Shown: positions 11,430 to 24,420 of the stretch, piece by piece
Position numbering within the stretch: position 1 is the stretch's first letter
How the letters are laid out: each line of letters opens with the position of its first letter
Source: Azolla caroliniana
Lineage: Eukaryota; Plantae; Polypodiophyta
DNA: 64,000 nucleotides
NCBI GenBank assembly: GCA_043228905.1
Contig: JBHGNT010000003.1
Span: 2,418,001-2,482,000 of the forward strand
Direction: 5' to 3'
Notes under the pieces: generated by a model
What the model was told of the DNA's origin: nothing
The model's input: only the letters and a program-made list of their open reading frames with translations
The model's database searches: none
Translations under genes and position numbers: made by a program

Positions 11430-14400
11430 GAGTCAATTCGCCCTATTTTTTGTCAATTTGAGACCAAACTCTAATCCAATTACGTATACGTTATGAAAAT
11501 TTATGTGATCAGTACTTGTGCTTTTCAAATATGTCAAATACTATCATTAATCCAACAGAGACCGGTGCAACCAAATTTAACAAATTCGCCTCAATAAAAA
11601 AGGAAAGCTTTTGTCTCTAAAATGGAGGTCAACAAGAATGGCACGGATCACATATTCAGAAAAGTCACTGCCCATCCACAAATCCCACGAGGTTTCTGAA
11701 ATCATAGAAGAATTGACTGAAAATCGGAATGTAATATTTTGCTTTCTGTGTATAAAATGGCATGATTGTGGTCTCTCTCTTTATCTCTCCATATATATAT
11801 ATATGATTCTGGCATTCTTATCTCCCTCCCTCTCTCTTTCGCACACACATTTTTCTCTCTATCTATTCTTATCTCCTGCTGCAAGAAAAGACTAGGAAAT
11901 CAAGAAAGCATCAGGTTTGTGCCCATAGAAGGAAGGAAGTCTGAAGAAGCTTCAGTTTAAGAAAATCTCAACAAGGAAATCAAGCTTCCACATCAAATGT
12001 ATCAATTTGAATCCTCTCCTGAAGAAGAGAATTGGAGAAAATACATGAAGATAAGGATCAATGAGATCTATACTAATGCGGATACGCCCGTGTACGCGGA
12101 GATCTCGAAGCCTCCAAAAGCATTAGCGGATGTCAAGCCCGAGTCATATCGGCCTCAGATCCTGACCATCGGACCGTTGCATGAAATGCTTAGCGGGAGA
12201 TCTTCTCTTTATGATTGTAAGGCACTTTGTGTGAATAAATTCATCAAAGGACATGAGATATCAGATGTGGAAGAGCTCATGAAACGCCTCTTCTATGACC
12301 CTTCTGATCTTCACAATCATTATTCAGGCCTTCCCAATTACAGTTCCGAGTCCCTCCAGCTTTTGGTGACTGTGGATACCATCTTCTTTCGGGAATTCTT
12401 GCTGTTTCTTCAGACTGACTGGGATTCCACACTGGAGGAACACACCCAGTTCGAAACAATCTGCAACAATGGCATCACATTAAACGAAGTAGTGAGAGAC
12501 TTGTTCGTGATGGGCAACCAGATTCCCATCTCATTTCTAGCGAAGCTGATTGAAGCGTTTCCGAAGAAAGTCGAACTTGAACTGGATGAACTCCAGGAAG
12601 GATTGCTGTATGCTGTTGAAATGACTGATCCATTCTATATCAGCAAGAATTTGTCCAGCGCAGAAAGTTTTGAAACTCCCGAGTTTGTGAATTGCACTCA
12701 TCTACTAGATTGCCTATATGTTTGGGTAGTCAGGGAACAATTACAAAAGAATGAGGGTAAAGCCATCAATACATGTACATTGCCACGACTATGGAATCAT
12801 TTCGCGACAGAAGAAGCATCTCACAAGATGACCATATATCGCGATCGCCTGCCAACAGCGTCTCAGCTCTCTAAAGCCGGCATCTGGTTCAAGGCGATTG
12901 AAGGTTCCATATCAGTGATGAACTATGACAAGAGTAGCCTGCGGTTCGATCTTCCACGGATTGTGGTGTATGACAAGACAGAGGATGTGCTGAGGAACCT
13001 GCTTGCCCATGAACAGACCTCCACATATAATGGTGAGTTCACTAAGTATGCAGTCATCATGGACTCGCTCATCGACACACCCGAGGATGTAGCAATCTTG
13101 ATGAAGGCGCAAGTGATCGAGAATCACTTGGGGAGTGATGAGAAGTTGGTCAAGATGTGGAACGACATGGGCACCAACATCAACATTCGAGAATGTGAGA
13201 GATGGGAGAACTTGATAGTAGATGTACTGCACCACTACGAGAGTCCTTGGCGTCCCATGTATGTGGAGTTTCGAGAAAAGTATTTCTCTCGGCCATGGCT
13301 AACAATTTCGCTCCTAGTGGCATTTCTACTGCTCCTATTCTCATTAGTGCAGACAGGGTATACTGTCGCAGGCTATTACCAATTTTAGCCCTAAATTCAC
13401 CACCGAACCTTAATCAAACCTTGAGGTCAAAATAACGATGCTTTGTTATTTCTGTTATTTCCCATTCATTTGGGATCTCATTGTACTTTAGTTCTGTTAT
13501 TTTTTAACTTGGAAGATTGTGATTCTTGGAAGATGTAGTAGTTGTTATAGAAGTTAAATTAAAATCAGAAGGAATAAGAGTAGATGTTTAATCATGGTAG
13601 TTGTAATCCCATATTGTACTTACAATATATAATTGGTGATTAGTGTATTATCGAGTATCTCATTAAACAAGAAATGATCTCATCCTTTCCCAACTAAACT
13701 GAAGTACATTTTGTATGAGTCTCAATCACATACGCATTGATCGACCACTTGTTAGGATACAATGCATTGCCAAAATGTAGACAAGCGCTCAACCTAAAAC
13801 GATGGATGTTGATAAGTAATATGCAGCAAGTGTATTTGCTGAAAATGGAAGTCTTCATGTCTCCAAGATTACTCTAACCATCAGCACATTTGTGTTCCAC
13901 CTTTTCTATTAATTGACAGCCATGAAGGTCGGAAGTGCAAAGGTCAAATCTTGCCCAAATCATCCCCGGCCATTGATTGGCACAGCATTGCACCAGATTC
14001 ATGGAGAGCCATCAACATCTATGTTGCATCTAACAAACATAGTTTAAGCTCATAGATTGTGGTTACGCATTGTATGGATACTATTGGGCATTGTAACATT
14101 AATGATTATTGAATGAGATTGACACAAGGTATACTTCATTGGGAATGGACAACACAATATACACTCGTGAGAGATTTCACACATTGTGATTCTGAATCCA
14201 TTTAGCGATGTCCATTTCCACTTTGAAATTGTTTAATTTTTGAGGAATGCAAACAAATTATGGTTTTCTGGACTGCCTTCATCTGTTTCCTATTGCTCAA
14301 ATATATTATTCTTTTTAAACTGATTTATGTAGCTCTTCTCTTTTGGGTGTGAATTCAAGGATAAAAAAATAACACTTTGACATTGTAGTTGAACATATAA

Positions 14401-14480
14401 CCTTTTAAAATGTCGTCAGAATATGATGCCTTTTCATCACCATCACAGTGTCATAATGAAAATGTGCCGACAAAATATCA
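11430..14480. repeat. ~3-kb inverted duplication of 41890-45025 (promoter + DUF247 CDS + 3' flank)
   Basis: The reverse-complement match covers coding and non-coding sequence, and the encoded proteins are near-identical. Confidence 0.95.
11997..13388 (+). CDS. DUF247 / UPF0481 family protein, 463 aa, intronless, C-terminal TM helix
   Basis: Motifs SYRPQILTIGPLH, DLFVMGNQIP, HLLD, LPTASQLSKAGI, LRNLLAHEQ, MDSLIDTPEDV, NHLGSDE and YFSRPW, followed by a hydrophobic tail. Confidence 0.95.
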   Translation: MYQFESSPEEENWRKYMKIRINEIYTNADTPVYAEISKPPKALADVKPESYRPQILTIGPLHEMLSGRSSLYDCKALCVNKFIKGHEISDVEELMKRLFYDPSDLHNHYSGLPNYSSESLQLLVTVDTIFFREFLLFLQTDWDSTLEEHTQFETICNNGITLNEVVRDLFVMGNQIPISFLAKLIEAFPKKVELELDELQEGLLYAVEMTDPFYISKNLSSAESFETPEFVNCTHLLDCLYVWVVREQLQKNEGKAINTCTLPRLWNHFATEEASHKMTIYRDRLPTASQLSKAGIWFKAIEGSISVMNYDKSSLRFDLPRIVVYDKTEDVLRNLLAHEQTSTYNGEFTKYAVIMDSLIDTPEDVAILMKAQVIENHLGSDEKLVKMWNDMGTNINIRECERWENLIVDVLHHYESPWRPMYVEFREKYFSRPWLTISLLVAFLLLLFSLVQTGYTVAGYYQF

Positions 14481-14800
14481 GGTGTTTATCATTCTTGCTT
14501 GAAGGTCTCCATAGCTGATATAACCCTGCTCTGGGAAGTAGTAGTGACAGAATAAGCCCAATGATGAGCTCCACAGGGATAAAGCTCACCATTGCAGCCC
14601 AAGCTTCGCGATTTCTACTTCTCTTCCTCTCCTGTTGTGAAAGCTTAAGACTTCCCCAATACAAGTGAGCCAAAGAAGCATGGTCTTCTTCCCCTTCTAT
14701 ACTTCATCATTTTATGCACCATAGCCAAACCATAAAGCCCAAGTTGTCCACATCCCTCCATGGTTCATGTCATGGGTGTTGATGAGCTGAGTAAAATCAA
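14480..14800 (-). pseudogene. Second, shorter copy of the P450 5' end (5' UTR + TM anchor only)
   Basis: MVSFIPVELIIGLILSLLLPRAGLYQLWRPSSKNDKH matches the start of the 7282 ORF. The nucleotides are an inverted match to ~7090-7395. Confidence 0.8.
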
Positions 14801-15609
14801 CTTTATGATCGCATACATAGTAAAGGTAACTCCTTATTGTAAAAGGTTTGTGGATGTAAGGGGTTCGTCAACACATGTTCTGTCCCATTCTTTAATCTAT
14901 ACAGACTGGATTGGATTCTCTTTTACGCGAACTTGATCTGGATTTTCGAGATAAAGTGTTTCTTTTTTCAGTGATAGGAAAGTTGAGGCAAATTTGTTGT
15001 TTGTTTAGTGTGTCTCCTCTCTGTCAATTAATGATAGTAAATACAGCGGTAATCACAAACACATTTGCAAATGACAAACACCCATCACATAATTTGCAAA
15101 ACGTATAGGAAATGCTATTAGATTTAGGTCTGAAATGAAAATGAACAATTTGAGAGAAAGGAGGAGGAATTGACTCCATTATTTACATGGGGTGATTGTT
15201 TGAGCGGAAAAAAGGTACAAAAATAAGTGAAATTTGGCGACGTTTGGCGTTCTGGTAGTTTTCGATCCACGCAGCAAACACTAATAAACTGGCTATTACT
15301 TGTTGGTTACAAGCTCGAATTAACACTCATAGCATCCAGCATTCACTACTAGGAGTGCCATTATGATTGTCAATGAAAACCCATAAACAACGCTGGGAAA
15401 CACTAATAGTCATGATGATTCTACTAATTACATGAACAATGATGATCATGTTTTCCATAAAAAACCCGATTTATTGCAATCCATGTAGGTTTTTCTAAGG
15501 TCTTGGACATTCCTTGATTCTAATATTTTTATTAGACCTAAAAATGTATGCCTAGGAATTATATGGAGAGAAGTAATAACATCCCAATGGTAAATTATAT
15601 CATCTCACA

Positions 15610-15705
15610 ATGATAATTCTCAAAAGTCTTGGCATATAGTTGTAAGGCTTGTGAAGGTAGCATATCAGTGATGAAAGTATCACAAGAGCTAACTTGAACT
15701 TGATT
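15610..15705 (+). pseudogene. DUF247 micro-fragment
   Basis: tgtaaggcttgtgaaggtagcatatcagtgatgaaa translates to CKACEGSISVMK, matching FKACEGNVSVMK of the 16558 gene. Confidence 0.6.
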
Positions 15706-16557
15706 GTATGCAAAAGAGATAGAGGGAAATAAATAGATGCTTGCAATTTTGAGAAAATTTCCTCCTGCTCTCCATTTCAGCATATATTTATCCCTCACAA
15801 TTCGTTTCATCATATTCTATTACTCGGTGTAAGTTTTGGTCTTGAAGAATGGATTATGATGGACACACAGATCACCCAATGGGAAGACCCACGTTCAGAC
15901 AATGATGAGAAGTCGGTATTGTAAGGATCCATATTGACAATGTGATTAATGAGAGTAAATACACTACAGCAATGGCATCAAATCTTTATCATTTTATGAC
16001 ACTGATACATTTGCGCTGATCAGAAAAAATCAGTTATTTAACTACTAACGTTTATAATTTGAGAAGAAAACAGGATGAATTGGATCCTTAAAAGTTTATA
16101 TGATGTAATTATTATTTGAGACCAAATAACCATTAAAACCTCTAGTACACTTACGACAAGAAAAGCCATAGTGGTCTTGCTAATGTCACTTATTTTCAAT
16201 AGATTTATTTTGGGTTTGCCATCCTGTTCAACTTGTAGGCAATTTCATGAATATGGGATAAAGAAGAAGAAGAAGAAGAAGAAGAAATTGTGCGTCAGAA
16301 TTTCATTGCGAGAAATACTTAATTTCCACTAATACATGAAGAACGAAAACAGCTCACCATAAGTACATAATCTTCCACAATTTCATAAACCAAGATGTAC
16401 AATAAATCAATAACACATGATTGACCATAGGTACATAATATTTCACAATTTCATAACCCAATGTGGATTATAAATCAATGAAATGTAAGTAGCAGGAAAT
16501 CAAATAATGAGATCCCAAACGAATAAACAAAGCTTCTTTACTTTTGTCCTAGGGAAG

Positions 16558-17958
16558 TTAAGGCTTTAGTGTTTTCGATTGATTTAGGGGTTTGTAATAA
16601 CCTAAGATTGAATAGACTGTCTGGAATATTGAAGCTAAGAGCAGTAGAAACGCCGCAATGACAGATGCCATTAGCCATGGCCGAGAAAAATACATTTGAT
16701 GGAACTCTGTATACAAGCGACCCCAACGGGTGGAATTGTGGGCATTTATTTCTTGAATCATCTCTTCCCATTCCTTGCATGGATCATAATAGACATTGGT
16801 GCACATGTTGTTCCACATCTGTAGCAACTTCTCATCACTCCCCAAGTGATTCTGTATCACCTTCGCCTTAGTCAAGATCGCTAGATCTTCTTGAGTGTCG
16901 ATGAGCGAGTCCATGATGGCCACATACATAGTGAACTCACCTCGATCTTTGAAGGTTTGTTCATAGGAAAGAAGGTTCCGCAGCACATCCTCGGTGCCAT
17001 CGTACACGATAAGGCGTGGAAGATGGAGCTGAAGTTTCGCCTTCTCATACTTCATCACCGATACATTACCTTCACAAGCCTTGAATGAAATGCCGGCTTG
17101 AGATAGTTCAGATGCGGTTGGGATGTGATGAGACTCCTCTTCAGAATAAGATGCTGGTGGTCTCGCAGATGATCGCTTAGAGTCTTCAAATGTTTCAGTG
17201 CATGAAAAATAGAGGGCATCAAGTAGGTGCTGGCATTTATCGATCAATTTCCTGTCTTTTGATTTGAGGAATTCCTCAAACCTGGTCTGCACTCGTTTGC
17301 TAGAGATGAATGGAATCCGGGGGACAATAAATCTCCGCACCGTATCCTCAAGATCATCCAATGAGAAGTTGTGATTACTATCAATCTCTGTAATCTTCTT
17401 CACAGATGACATGGGAATTTGATTTCCTACCAACACCAAATCCCTCCGTAGTCTGTCGCGGAATGTAAAGTCATTATTAAAGAAGAAAATGGTAAAGTAC
17501 TTGCAGGTACCTGTCGTAGGGTACTTCTTGGACAGACACAGCAAGAATTCATGAATGAAGACGGTATCGATAGTGACCAGAAGTTGGAGCCACTCGAAGT
17601 CAGATTGGGGGAGGTTGAGATCATAGATGCGGCTAAGTTCTTCTGGTTCATCAGGGGTGAGGTATTGCATGAGTTCTTTCACAGCTAATATCCCATGTCT
17701 TTCCATGAATTTGTTCACACATAGTGCCTTAAAATTATTAATGGGGGAAGGCTCAAGATTTTGATATAGTGGACCGATGCTCACTAATTTAGGGCAATAT
17801 GAGTCTATCTTCACTTCAAACAAATGTTGGGGAGGCTTCAAAATCTTCCAACTTTCGTTGAACACAGGTGCATCATGAACATGCAGATTGATCTTCTCCT
17901 TCATGTAGTCTCTCCATTCATCTTTAGTGAACTTATGTTGATGATCAGGTTTATCCAT
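16558..17958 (-). CDS. DUF247 / UPF0481 family protein, 466 aa (divergent subtype)
   Basis: Motifs SYCPKLVSIGPLY, DLVLVGNQIP, HLLD, IPTASELSQAGISFK, LRNLLSYEQ, MDSLIDT and YFSRPW, plus a TM tail. Confidence 0.95.
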   Translation of the reverse strand: MDKPDHQHKFTKDEWRDYMKEKINLHVHDAPVFNESWKILKPPQHLFEVKIDSYCPKLVSIGPLYQNLEPSPINNFKALCVNKFMERHGILAVKELMQYLTPDEPEELSRIYDLNLPQSDFEWLQLLVTIDTVFIHEFLLCLSKKYPTTGTCKYFTIFFFNNDFTFRDRLRRDLVLVGNQIPMSSVKKITEIDSNHNFSLDDLEDTVRRFIVPRIPFISSKRVQTRFEEFLKSKDRKLIDKCQHLLDALYFSCTETFEDSKRSSARPPASYSEEESHHIPTASELSQAGISFKACEGNVSVMKYEKAKLQLHLPRLIVYDGTEDVLRNLLSYEQTFKDRGEFTMYVAIMDSLIDTQEDLAILTKAKVIQNHLGSDEKLLQMWNNMCTNVYYDPCKEWEEMIQEINAHNSTRWGRLYTEFHQMYFSRPWLMASVIAAFLLLLASIFQTVYSILGYYKPLNQSKTLKP

Positions 17959-20811
17959 TGGAATTGTAATGTTGAATCTAATAATCTTCTTCCTCTTCTG
18001 TTTCTGTAGGGGACTAATTGGTTGTCACTTTCTTGTAGAATTAGGTTAAGTAGTGCCACATTTCCTGTTTTTATAAATCTCTGTGAGTTAATCCTGCCCT
18101 TAGGTGATGAGAAAGTCTATATTCTATGTATCTTTTTGTCAGTCTATGATAAGTAGAGTGAGCATATGTGTGGAGCCAGGAATCATGCCATTTCCTATAA
18201 TTATAGAAAGCTAATACTCCATTCGATTTAGAGTCAAATAGTCTACAATTTCAGACATCTCGTCGGTTGTGATGAGCTGAGAGTCCAATTAACTATGCAT
18301 GGACTTAATGTACTTTATGTACTTTCGGCTATGATCCCATTATCCATACATAGTAAAGTGAACTCGTTATTTTGTAAAGCTTTGTGGATATAAAAGGTTC
18401 CTCAACGCATGTTCTTTGCCATTCTTTAATTTATTTATACAGCCTGGATTGGGTGGGTTCTCATTCTCGATTTTAGAGATAAAGTTAGACTTCTTTTTTC
18501 AGTGATCGGAGAGTTCTTCTTTTAGGAAACGCTCATTCTCATCATGATTCTACTGATTACATGAACAATCATAATCATGTGTTTGCATAAGACATGATGG
18601 ATTGCAATCCATGTACGTTTTTCTAAGGTCTTAGATACAGCTTATTTCTAATATTTTGATTAGACTTAAAAATGCAGGCTTTGGAATTACATGGAGAGGA
18701 GTAATATCTACAAGTAGAGTCTTGGCAAGAACGAAACAGTAGTGGCCAAAACCAATGATGTTGGGATCTGGTCTTTGAGTCGGCTCAGAAAAAAGGAGAA
18801 ATTGATGCAGCCAATTAAGGGTCCAAAATTTCAGAAAATTATTATTTGTGATGTAGATTGCTTGTGGGCCACTCCAATGCCCATTGCTGGATTTTCTATA
18901 CTTTCTATACTTTTTGACATTTTGTTTTTTATTTTATAGTTTGTAACTTATACTACTCTACTATTAGAAATTATAAAGACTAAAATAATGTCATACACTA
19001 ATTTGAGTCTTATGAATGTACCAAGACTGATTCATTTAAATTTGAGAATGTCCATATATGGATGTATGATGGATGGTCTTCCAGAATTGTTGTGTATTGA
19101 AATAATTAATATATGATGGCACGATAAGGACAACGCCCGTTTAGGGTGATCCTAGAGGATAATTCTCAAGATATGCAAAGATCCAACAACCTCGACATTG
19201 TCACACCTGAGACTAATACTGGGGAGCTTTTTTGTAGGTGTAATTTATTTTGTAAGCAGTTGATGAGCTTTTGAGACTGCCACATTTTTTGTGTATCCCA
19301 TTTTAGGTCTCTATGACCTTCTTGCTTTGACCCATCCATGAAACATCTATCTAAGTAGTCACAATTTGAATGACACCTAACCACTATAGTTATGGCAATG
19401 ATCATTACAACCTAAAATAGTAGCCCCATTTCTACCTTTAATTTACTATGGCGATTTTCTTCTATAAAAGCTATTAAAGTTGGGTAATCAATTTTTAGGA
19501 AAAAGAAAAAGAAAGAGTTGGGTAACCAGTCTATCTACCTTATGGTTTGTGTGGTTTTCTTAAATTAAATCTGATTTTGAAACCAAATCTTTATATTTTT
19601 GGTTGCATTAGGATACATTTTTATTAGGCTACATCTTTTCTCTGTTGCAGATTGAATACCCCAATATTGAGGATCTTGTAAAAGCACACACCCATTCATG
19701 ATATGAGCGAGTAGGTACCAATACTCTCTTAACCTGTGAATTGTTTGAGTATGACATGACCACACCATTTTTCTGATAAGGTTAGTTTAGAGATTTTGGT
19801 GACAATTGAGTATTATATAGATTGTTTACAATAAGAATAACAAGACATTGACCAAACAAACACATCAAGGACTGAAAGCCAATTTAAACCATAACCAGGG
19901 AAAATACTTTACCCAAAACGTCATGTACAAAACACATCCATGGCTCCTACAAAAGTTCCATTATATTGGGGGTCATCTCATCCCATCTTCCAAATCCTAA
20001 AGTCATGAAACTGATGTTCATGTCACTGCACATCTTGAGCAACCTCTCACCATTTCTGAGGTGGTTCTCCGTCATGTGTTGTAGTAGTGTTAGTCATTTG
20101 TAATCAAAGAATATAGGATGGAAGCCACGAAGCCACGTGTCCCTTAGAGGTTAGTATAGGAGCCTTTGTAGGGTTTACTATCATCTCTTTGTTTTTGTTT
20201 TCCAAGGAAATATACTACATTAGTGTTAAGAAACACCCTCAAGTTGTATGCTACTATCATTTTGTTACGATAAGGTCATTATAGACATTCACCGATGGTA
20301 AATAGTCTAGCCAAATACTATGTCAAACATGTTATTGCCCATGCAATGCAAAAGCATGTTCATGTAGTCCACTCCTCACAATTGTGTACGAATTACCAAC
20401 CAGGAACAATGTGCGAATATGTGAGCAAAAAAGATCAGATCTTAGTTGCCACTAATTCTCAGGTCTTGAATCAAATTTGGCAATGCAATTGTATGGCTAA
20501 AACTGGGCGTGTGATTGTCTAATGAGACTCGTGCAAAGCGAACTTCATTTTAATTGGGAGAGGACAAGATGATTGCCTATTTTAACCAATGGTTGTCACA
20601 AGATACTCAATAATACAATAATCACCAATTATTTATCGTAACTACAATGTCTGGTTGCAAATAGCATATTCAACCATGTTATTATGAGTCCATAAGACTC
20701 TTATTCCGTGTCACTTATTTTACTTCTACTACATTATCTTCCAAGAGTTCTAAAAAAAATAACAGAAATAACGTACAAGGAAATCCCAAATGAATCAACA
20801 AAGCTCCGCAG

Positions 20812-22296
20812 TCACTTATTTGGTGGTGCTGGTGCCGGTGGTGCTGAAGGATTGTCTTTTCTGTAATAACCTGCGATTGTGTAGCCTGTCTGCAATGCTG
20901 AGAATAGGAGCAGTAGAAACCCAACAATGAGCGAAATGGTTAGCCATGGCCGAGAAAAATACTTTTCCCGAAACTCCACATACATCGGACGCCAATGGCT
21001 CTTACAATGCTCCAGTATGTCGCGTATCATGTCATCCCATGTCTCGCATTCTCGAATCTTGATGTTGGTGCACATGTCGTTCCACATCTGGAGCAATTTC
21101 TCATCACTCCCCAAGTGATTCTCTATCACTCGTGCCTTCGTCAGGATCGCTACATCCTCGGCTGTGTCGATGAGCGAGTCCATGATGATCAGATACATAG
21201 TGAACTGAGCTCCTTCTTTGAAGGTTTGTTCATGAGCAAGGAGGTTCCGAAACACATCCTCCGTGCCATGTTCCACGACAAGCCGTGGAAGATGAAGACA
21301 AAGCTTTCTCTTGTCGTACTCCATCATCGATATGCTACCACCTTCAATGGCCTTGAACCGGATGCCGGCTTTAGAGAGTTGTGACGATGTTGGCAGACGA
21401 TCACGACGTATGTTTATATTGTGAGATTCTTCCTCCTTCTCAGCTGCTTCCTCTGTCCCAGAAGTATCCGGTACTGGGTCGGAGATAAATGCTGCTTGTT
21501 CCGTCTCGGAAGTATCCAATCCTGGGCTGGAACTAAATGCTGCTCGTTCCGTCCCAGAAGTATCCGATCCTTGCGATCGTTTTCAAAACTCTCGTCGTCA
21601 GAACAATCCTCGTCGTCGGAATTCTCGTCCTCCGAATTCTTGAATGGATCAACTTGTTGAACGACATAAAGCAATCCTTTCTCGAGTTTATCCTTTTCGT
21701 CAGACTTGTCTTTGCTTGGAAACACTTCAATGAACGTCATTAGAAATGACATGGGAATTTGGTTGCCCATCACCACCAAGTCCTTCCATACTTGGTTGAT
21801 TGCGATGTCATTGTCGCAGAGTATGTCGAAGTAGTCGTGTTCCTTGAGTATGGATGCCCAATCCGTCAGAACAAATATCAAGAACTCACAAAGGAAGATG
21901 GTGTGTGTCGACAGTGACCAAAAGTTGGAGGGCTTCATCACTATAATTGGGAAGGTCTGAATAATCGAGGCGAAGATCAGAAGAGTCCTCGAAGAGGCGT
22001 TCCATGAGCTCTTCCACATCTGATATCCCATGTATTTCCATGAATCTCTTTACACACAGTGCCTTCCGTTCATCAAGAGAAGAGCTACCGCTAAGCAATT
22101 CATGCAATGGTCCGATGGTCAGGATCTGAGGGCAATATGACTGTTTCCTGACATCCAATAATGCTTTCGGAGGCTTCGAAATGATCCGGCTTTCATTGAA
22201 CCCATTAGTTTCAGCATTAGTATTGGCATTCTTGATCTTGCTGATCATGTCTACTCTCCATTTGTCTTTTTTAGTACAGGATTTAGATTGCTCCAT
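20812..22296 (-). pseudogene. DUF247 pseudogene with two frameshifts and an internal 48-bp repeat expansion
   Basis: Three ORFs (21886-22296, 21414-22031, 20812-21519) carry consecutive DUF247 motifs. The shifts fall at the (GT)n run near 21900 and near 21570, and the HLLD block is missing. Confidence 0.9.
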
Positions 22297-24185
22297 TTTA
22301 GATGTAAGGCTGATTTATTTCTTTGTTGAAATTCTATTAAACTTCTTCTTCAGACTTCTTCTTGGGTGGGCACAAACTTGATGGTTTCTTCATGCCATTT
22401 TATAGATAGCAAAGTCAATACCTTACTGTAAAGGTTCCATTCTTCTTTCATTCATACAGCCTGGATTCTCATCTCATTTAGGCAGAGCTTGATCTCCATT
22501 TTAGAGATAAAATTTGAGAGGAAAAGGGACGAAATGACTCATAGTCATCATGATTACCGGAGAATATAGGGTACTACAGAAAAATCTCGATTAAACTAGC
22601 CCTAGACTACAGAGCATAATAAAAAAGCTCCAAAACAATATAAAATGTTGAGCGGCGCCTGTAGTCACAAGTAATATAAATTTGTTGACCTGCCCAATTG
22701 TGAACTTCAGATCAAGGATATGAGAGTTAAAATTAAGTAATTATGGTCAATCTCTCTCTTTCCCTCTCGTTGATTTAATGGGGAAGTAATAAATCATTAG
22801 GTATCTTAGAAATTCTCAGTCTATGATTTTAAAATCCCGCTATATTTTAATATCTTTAAATATAATTTTTACAGGTTATATCCATGAAAGCATATCAATT
22901 CGTCAATCAATCCATGATTGTTTATTCTAACTCGCAATTCCATATCAGGAAATATAAGCAAAAACAGTTGTGATTAATTTATTTACAAGTCAAATGTGTA
23001 GAAAGTTTGAAAGTAATCTGCCACTGCATTATTGGCCTATAAGCAGCCTACAATATATATATATCATAGAAAAACACTGTATGCCAGAAAATCATGATTT
23101 GAGAAAATGTTGTTAGTATGTAATCTGGGAATCAAAACCTGTAACAAAATGTTTATGCCTCACACATATCACAATTTGGGAAGATGGAAAGTTGAGATAT
23201 TGGAGACTTTGTTACAACTAACAAAAGGCATGTTATAGTTTATTTGAAGTTCATATGTATGGACAGTCCAAATTCCAAATGAGATGATTAGTTGGGCATT
23301 TAATAAACCTATGTATATTGTCCTCCATTGAAATGGCACAAAAGAAGCCTCTACTTGACCCTTGTCCATTGTTTGCATAAGTTTGAGCCTAATAGGGAGC
23401 CCAACAATCATGGACTTCCCTATGAGTACCTTGGCATTAAATGGCAAATGGGGATGACCACCACGTTCCAATAACCATGGGGATGAATGTTAAAACCATG
23501 GTGTTATACTCATTTTCCTTCTTTTGAATAAACTATGCCTTTCCTCCTACCAATTGAATCAAGAGGTTTGAATTATTTTCGTGTGTATTTCCTCTCAAAT
23601 AATTACAACTTATGGAAACAACAATAATTTGTCGAAACATCAAAATTTCCTAAAGTGGTGAATAAAGGCATTACTTCCCCATTTTCGAATGTCTTGTTTT
23701 ATCCCATCATAGTCATCCCAAAGTGCCAATCTAAATGTGAGCACTAAACATCAAATTGATGAGAAACAAGAAGAACATGTTAATGGTAAAATAGAAAACT
23801 TCCACCATTGACTCTCATTGGATCCCACCAAAATGTGTTCACACCAATATAGAAAAACTTACACCCTGGATTTGCTAGATTCCTTGGTAAAAACGAACCC
23901 ATTTTGCAACACTAATGTATGTTGTCATGGTAAAAATGTGGAGGCTCAAGCTTTAGACATTAAGCCTTTTTTCATGGTCTCGGTCATATCCATCGTTAAT
24001 ATTAAATGAAAGAGCAAAATTAAGCTACATATACATGCGTGAATATAATTGTAAGACTTATTGGGTTCTCGGAATTTTTATATATCCTCATGAATTTGTG
24101 GATTTTCTGGTTGCAAGAACAAGGAATTTTGAAGTGACCACATCAGAGGTTCTTGTGGAACTTATTAGTGCCTCGTTGTGATCGA

Positions 24186-24420
24186 TGGTGATAGACAACA
24201 CGAATGAATGAATAATAGTGAGATTGTAAGATTGTATATAGCATGACAATATCTTTTCATCAAACTCACGAATGTTTCCACATCCTCCTCAATTATGGTG
24301 ATAGACAACACGAATGAATGAATAACAGTGAGATTGTAAGACTGTATATAGCATGACAATATCTCTTCATCCAACTCAGGAACGTTTCCACATCCTCCTC
24401 AATTATGGTGATAGACAAAA
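24186..24420. repeat. Tandem duplication, 110-bp unit, 2 copies plus a partial third
   Basis: atggtgatagacaa occurs at 24186, 24296 and 24406 with near-identical sequence in between. Confidence 0.9.

Noticed and set aside
19860-20300. Possible solo LTR or other insertion
   Set aside because: I could not define TG...CA boundaries with a TSD or any coding similarity.
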